This document shows, piece by piece, positions 62,230 through 64,000 of a stretch of DNA of 64,000 nt. The position numbers were made by a program, and so were the translations under genes. How positions within the stretch are numbered: the first letter of the stretch is position 1; every line of letters begins with the position of its first letter. The DNA lies in NCBI RefSeq assembly GCF_018350175.1, contig NC_058368.1, forward strand, positions 117,678,001 through 117,742,000, given 5' to 3'. The notes beneath the pieces are model-generated. The model was not told the DNA's origin and made no database searches. It was given only the letters and a program-made list of their open reading frames with translations. The DNA comes from Felis catus (taxonomy: Eukaryota).

Positions 62230-63788
62230 AGGTTATTGCTAGAAAAGGGGGAATCCTCATACACTGTTGGGAGGATGTAAAATGGTGCAGCCACTATGGA
62301 AAACAGTTGGATACTTCCCCCCCAAAATTGAACTTCTGTTGTGGAATTAAGAAACAAAACAAACAAGCAAAGGGAAAAAGAGAGAGAGAACCAAGAAACA
62401 GACTCCAGAGAACAAACTGATAGCTACCAGAGGGGAGGTGAGAGGTGGGATGGGTGAAGTAGGTGATGGGGATTAAGGAAGGCACTTCTCCGGAGGAGCA
62501 CCCGGTGATGTATGGAAGTGTTGAATCACTATATTGTACGCCTGAAACTAATATGACACTGTATGTTAACTATACTGGAATTAAAATAATTTTTGTTTTA
62601 AGTTAACATGTGGGGCATCTGGGTGGCTCAGTCAGTTAAGCGGCCAACTCTTGATTTCGGCTCAGGTCATGATCTCATAGTTTGTGAGTTTGATCCCCTC
62701 GTTGGTCTCTGCACTCACAGCCTGGAGCCTATTTTGATTCCTCCAGCTTCTTCTCTCTGTCCGCCCCCCCCCCCCCAAAATAAATACATGTTAAAAAAAT
62801 TGAACACGTTGGGGTGCCTGGGCGGCTCAATAGGGTAAGCGTTTGACTATTGATTTTGACTCAGGTCATGATCTCATGGTTTGTGGGATCGGAGCTCTGT
62901 GCCAGGTTCTGCGCTGACAGCATAGAGCATGCTTGGGATTCTCTCTCTCTCTCTCTCTCTCTCATTCTCATTCTCTCCCCCCTCTCCCCCCCGCCACTGC
63001 TCCCCTCCCACTTGCTCTCTCCCTATCTCTCAAAATAAATAAATTTTCTTAAAAAGTTAAAAATTGGGGCGCCTGAGTGGCTCAGTCGGTTAAGGGTCTG
63101 ACTTCAGCTCAAGTCATGATCTCACAGTTCGTGGGTTCGAGCCCCGTGTCGGGCTCTGTGCTGACAGTGAGAGCCTGGAGCCTGTGTCTCCCTCTCTCTC
63201 TGCCCCACCCCTGTTCACACTCTGTCTATGTCTCAAGAATAAATAAACATTGAAAAAAATTTTTTTAAAAAGTTAAAAATTGAACAGGTATTATCTTATG
63301 ACCCAGCAATTCCACTCCTAGCTATATACCCAAAAGAATTGAACACATGTATTCACACAAAAACCTATACACGAATGTTCATGGTAGGATTATTCATAAT
63401 AGCCCAAACTTCTTCCATTAATTGATGAATGGATAAACAAAGTATAGTATATCCATACAATAGAATATGACTCAGCAATAAAAGTGAATGGAGTTCTTTC
63501 TGATGTGTGAGACAACGTGAATGAAATTTGAAAATATGCTAAGTGAAAGGAGCCAGTCACAAAGACAGAAAGTAGATCAATGGTTGCCAGGGGGTGGGAT
63601 ATAGTGACTTGTACACTTTAAAAGGTGAATTTTTGGTATGTGAATTACATCTCAATTTAAAAAAAAAATGTTTATTTATTTTTGAGAGAGCACAAGTGGG
63701 GGAGGGGCAAAGAGAGGGGGACAGAACCACGAGATCATGACCTGAGCCAAAGTCAGACACTCAATGGACTGAGCCATCCAGGTGCCCC
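62230..63788. mobile_element. L1 fragments interleaved with four CanSINEs (~62611, 62811, 63066 on +; ~63660-63788 on -)
   Basis: L1 3'-end sequence (TATGACCCAGCAATTCCACTCCTAG..., TGATGAATGGATAAACAAA) split by SINE bodies. Confidence 0.78.
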
Positions 63789-64000
63789 ATCTCAATTTTT
63801 AAAGAAGGATTACTCTTCTCCTGGTCAGTCCCATCTTTATACTACCCAGAGTCCTTTTTCTGGTTTGACTCTAATTCTCTCCTAGCCATCCCTCTTCTAG
63901 TCCCCCATCCTGCCCCAAATCCTCCAGCGTGTTTAGAACCCTCGGAACATTTCCTGGTATGAATAGGAACTGGGGCCTCGCTTCTCTTTCAAAAGAGCTA

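Noticed and set aside
5006..63885. Recurrent short ORFs such as GAWVAQSVKRPTSAQVMI and ERERE..QAGS
   Set aside because: All are translations of dispersed CanSINE copies. They are not a gene family and not a CRISPR-like array, since there is no regular repeat-spacer periodicity.
43300..64000. Search for additional exons, RNA genes or pseudogenes in the distal intergenic region
   Set aside because: Only SINE, LINE, LTR and DNA-transposon debris is recognisable. I saw no tRNA, snRNA, snoRNA or coding homology, though short conserved non-coding elements could be missed by eye.

Overview
This is mammalian genomic DNA, almost certainly from a felid: it carries dozens of CanSINEs, including two near-consensus cat-type SINEC_Fc copies, and cat-type L1 3' ends. 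Two convergent intron-containing genes are present. RNF14 (+) has 7 coding exons over 1-11978; the window starts about 2 codons after the ATG, and the spliced ORF gives a 474-aa RWD-RBR E3 ligase. GNPDA1 (-) has a CpG-island promoter and non-coding exon 1 near 35.4 kb and 6 coding exons over 34456-24136, giving 289 aa. A processed COX5A pseudogene with poly(A) tail and 17-bp TSD sits in sense orientation in the last GNPDA1 intron. The region from 36 to 64 kb is repeat-dense intergenic DNA with no recognisable gene. Four signals stand out: (1) a near full-length fossil hAT transposase at about 39.6-42.6 kb, broken up by nested SINEs and ending in a MER53-like terminus; (2) a possible alternative last exon of GNPDA1 supplied by the COX5A retrocopy; (3) a set of CLEAR/M-box motifs around GNPDA1, one doubled by a perfect 33-bp duplication; (4) a strong CTCF-like motif between the two genes. 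I found no evidence for a novel multi-gene system. Repeat family names and reference protein comparisons are from memory, not from database searches.
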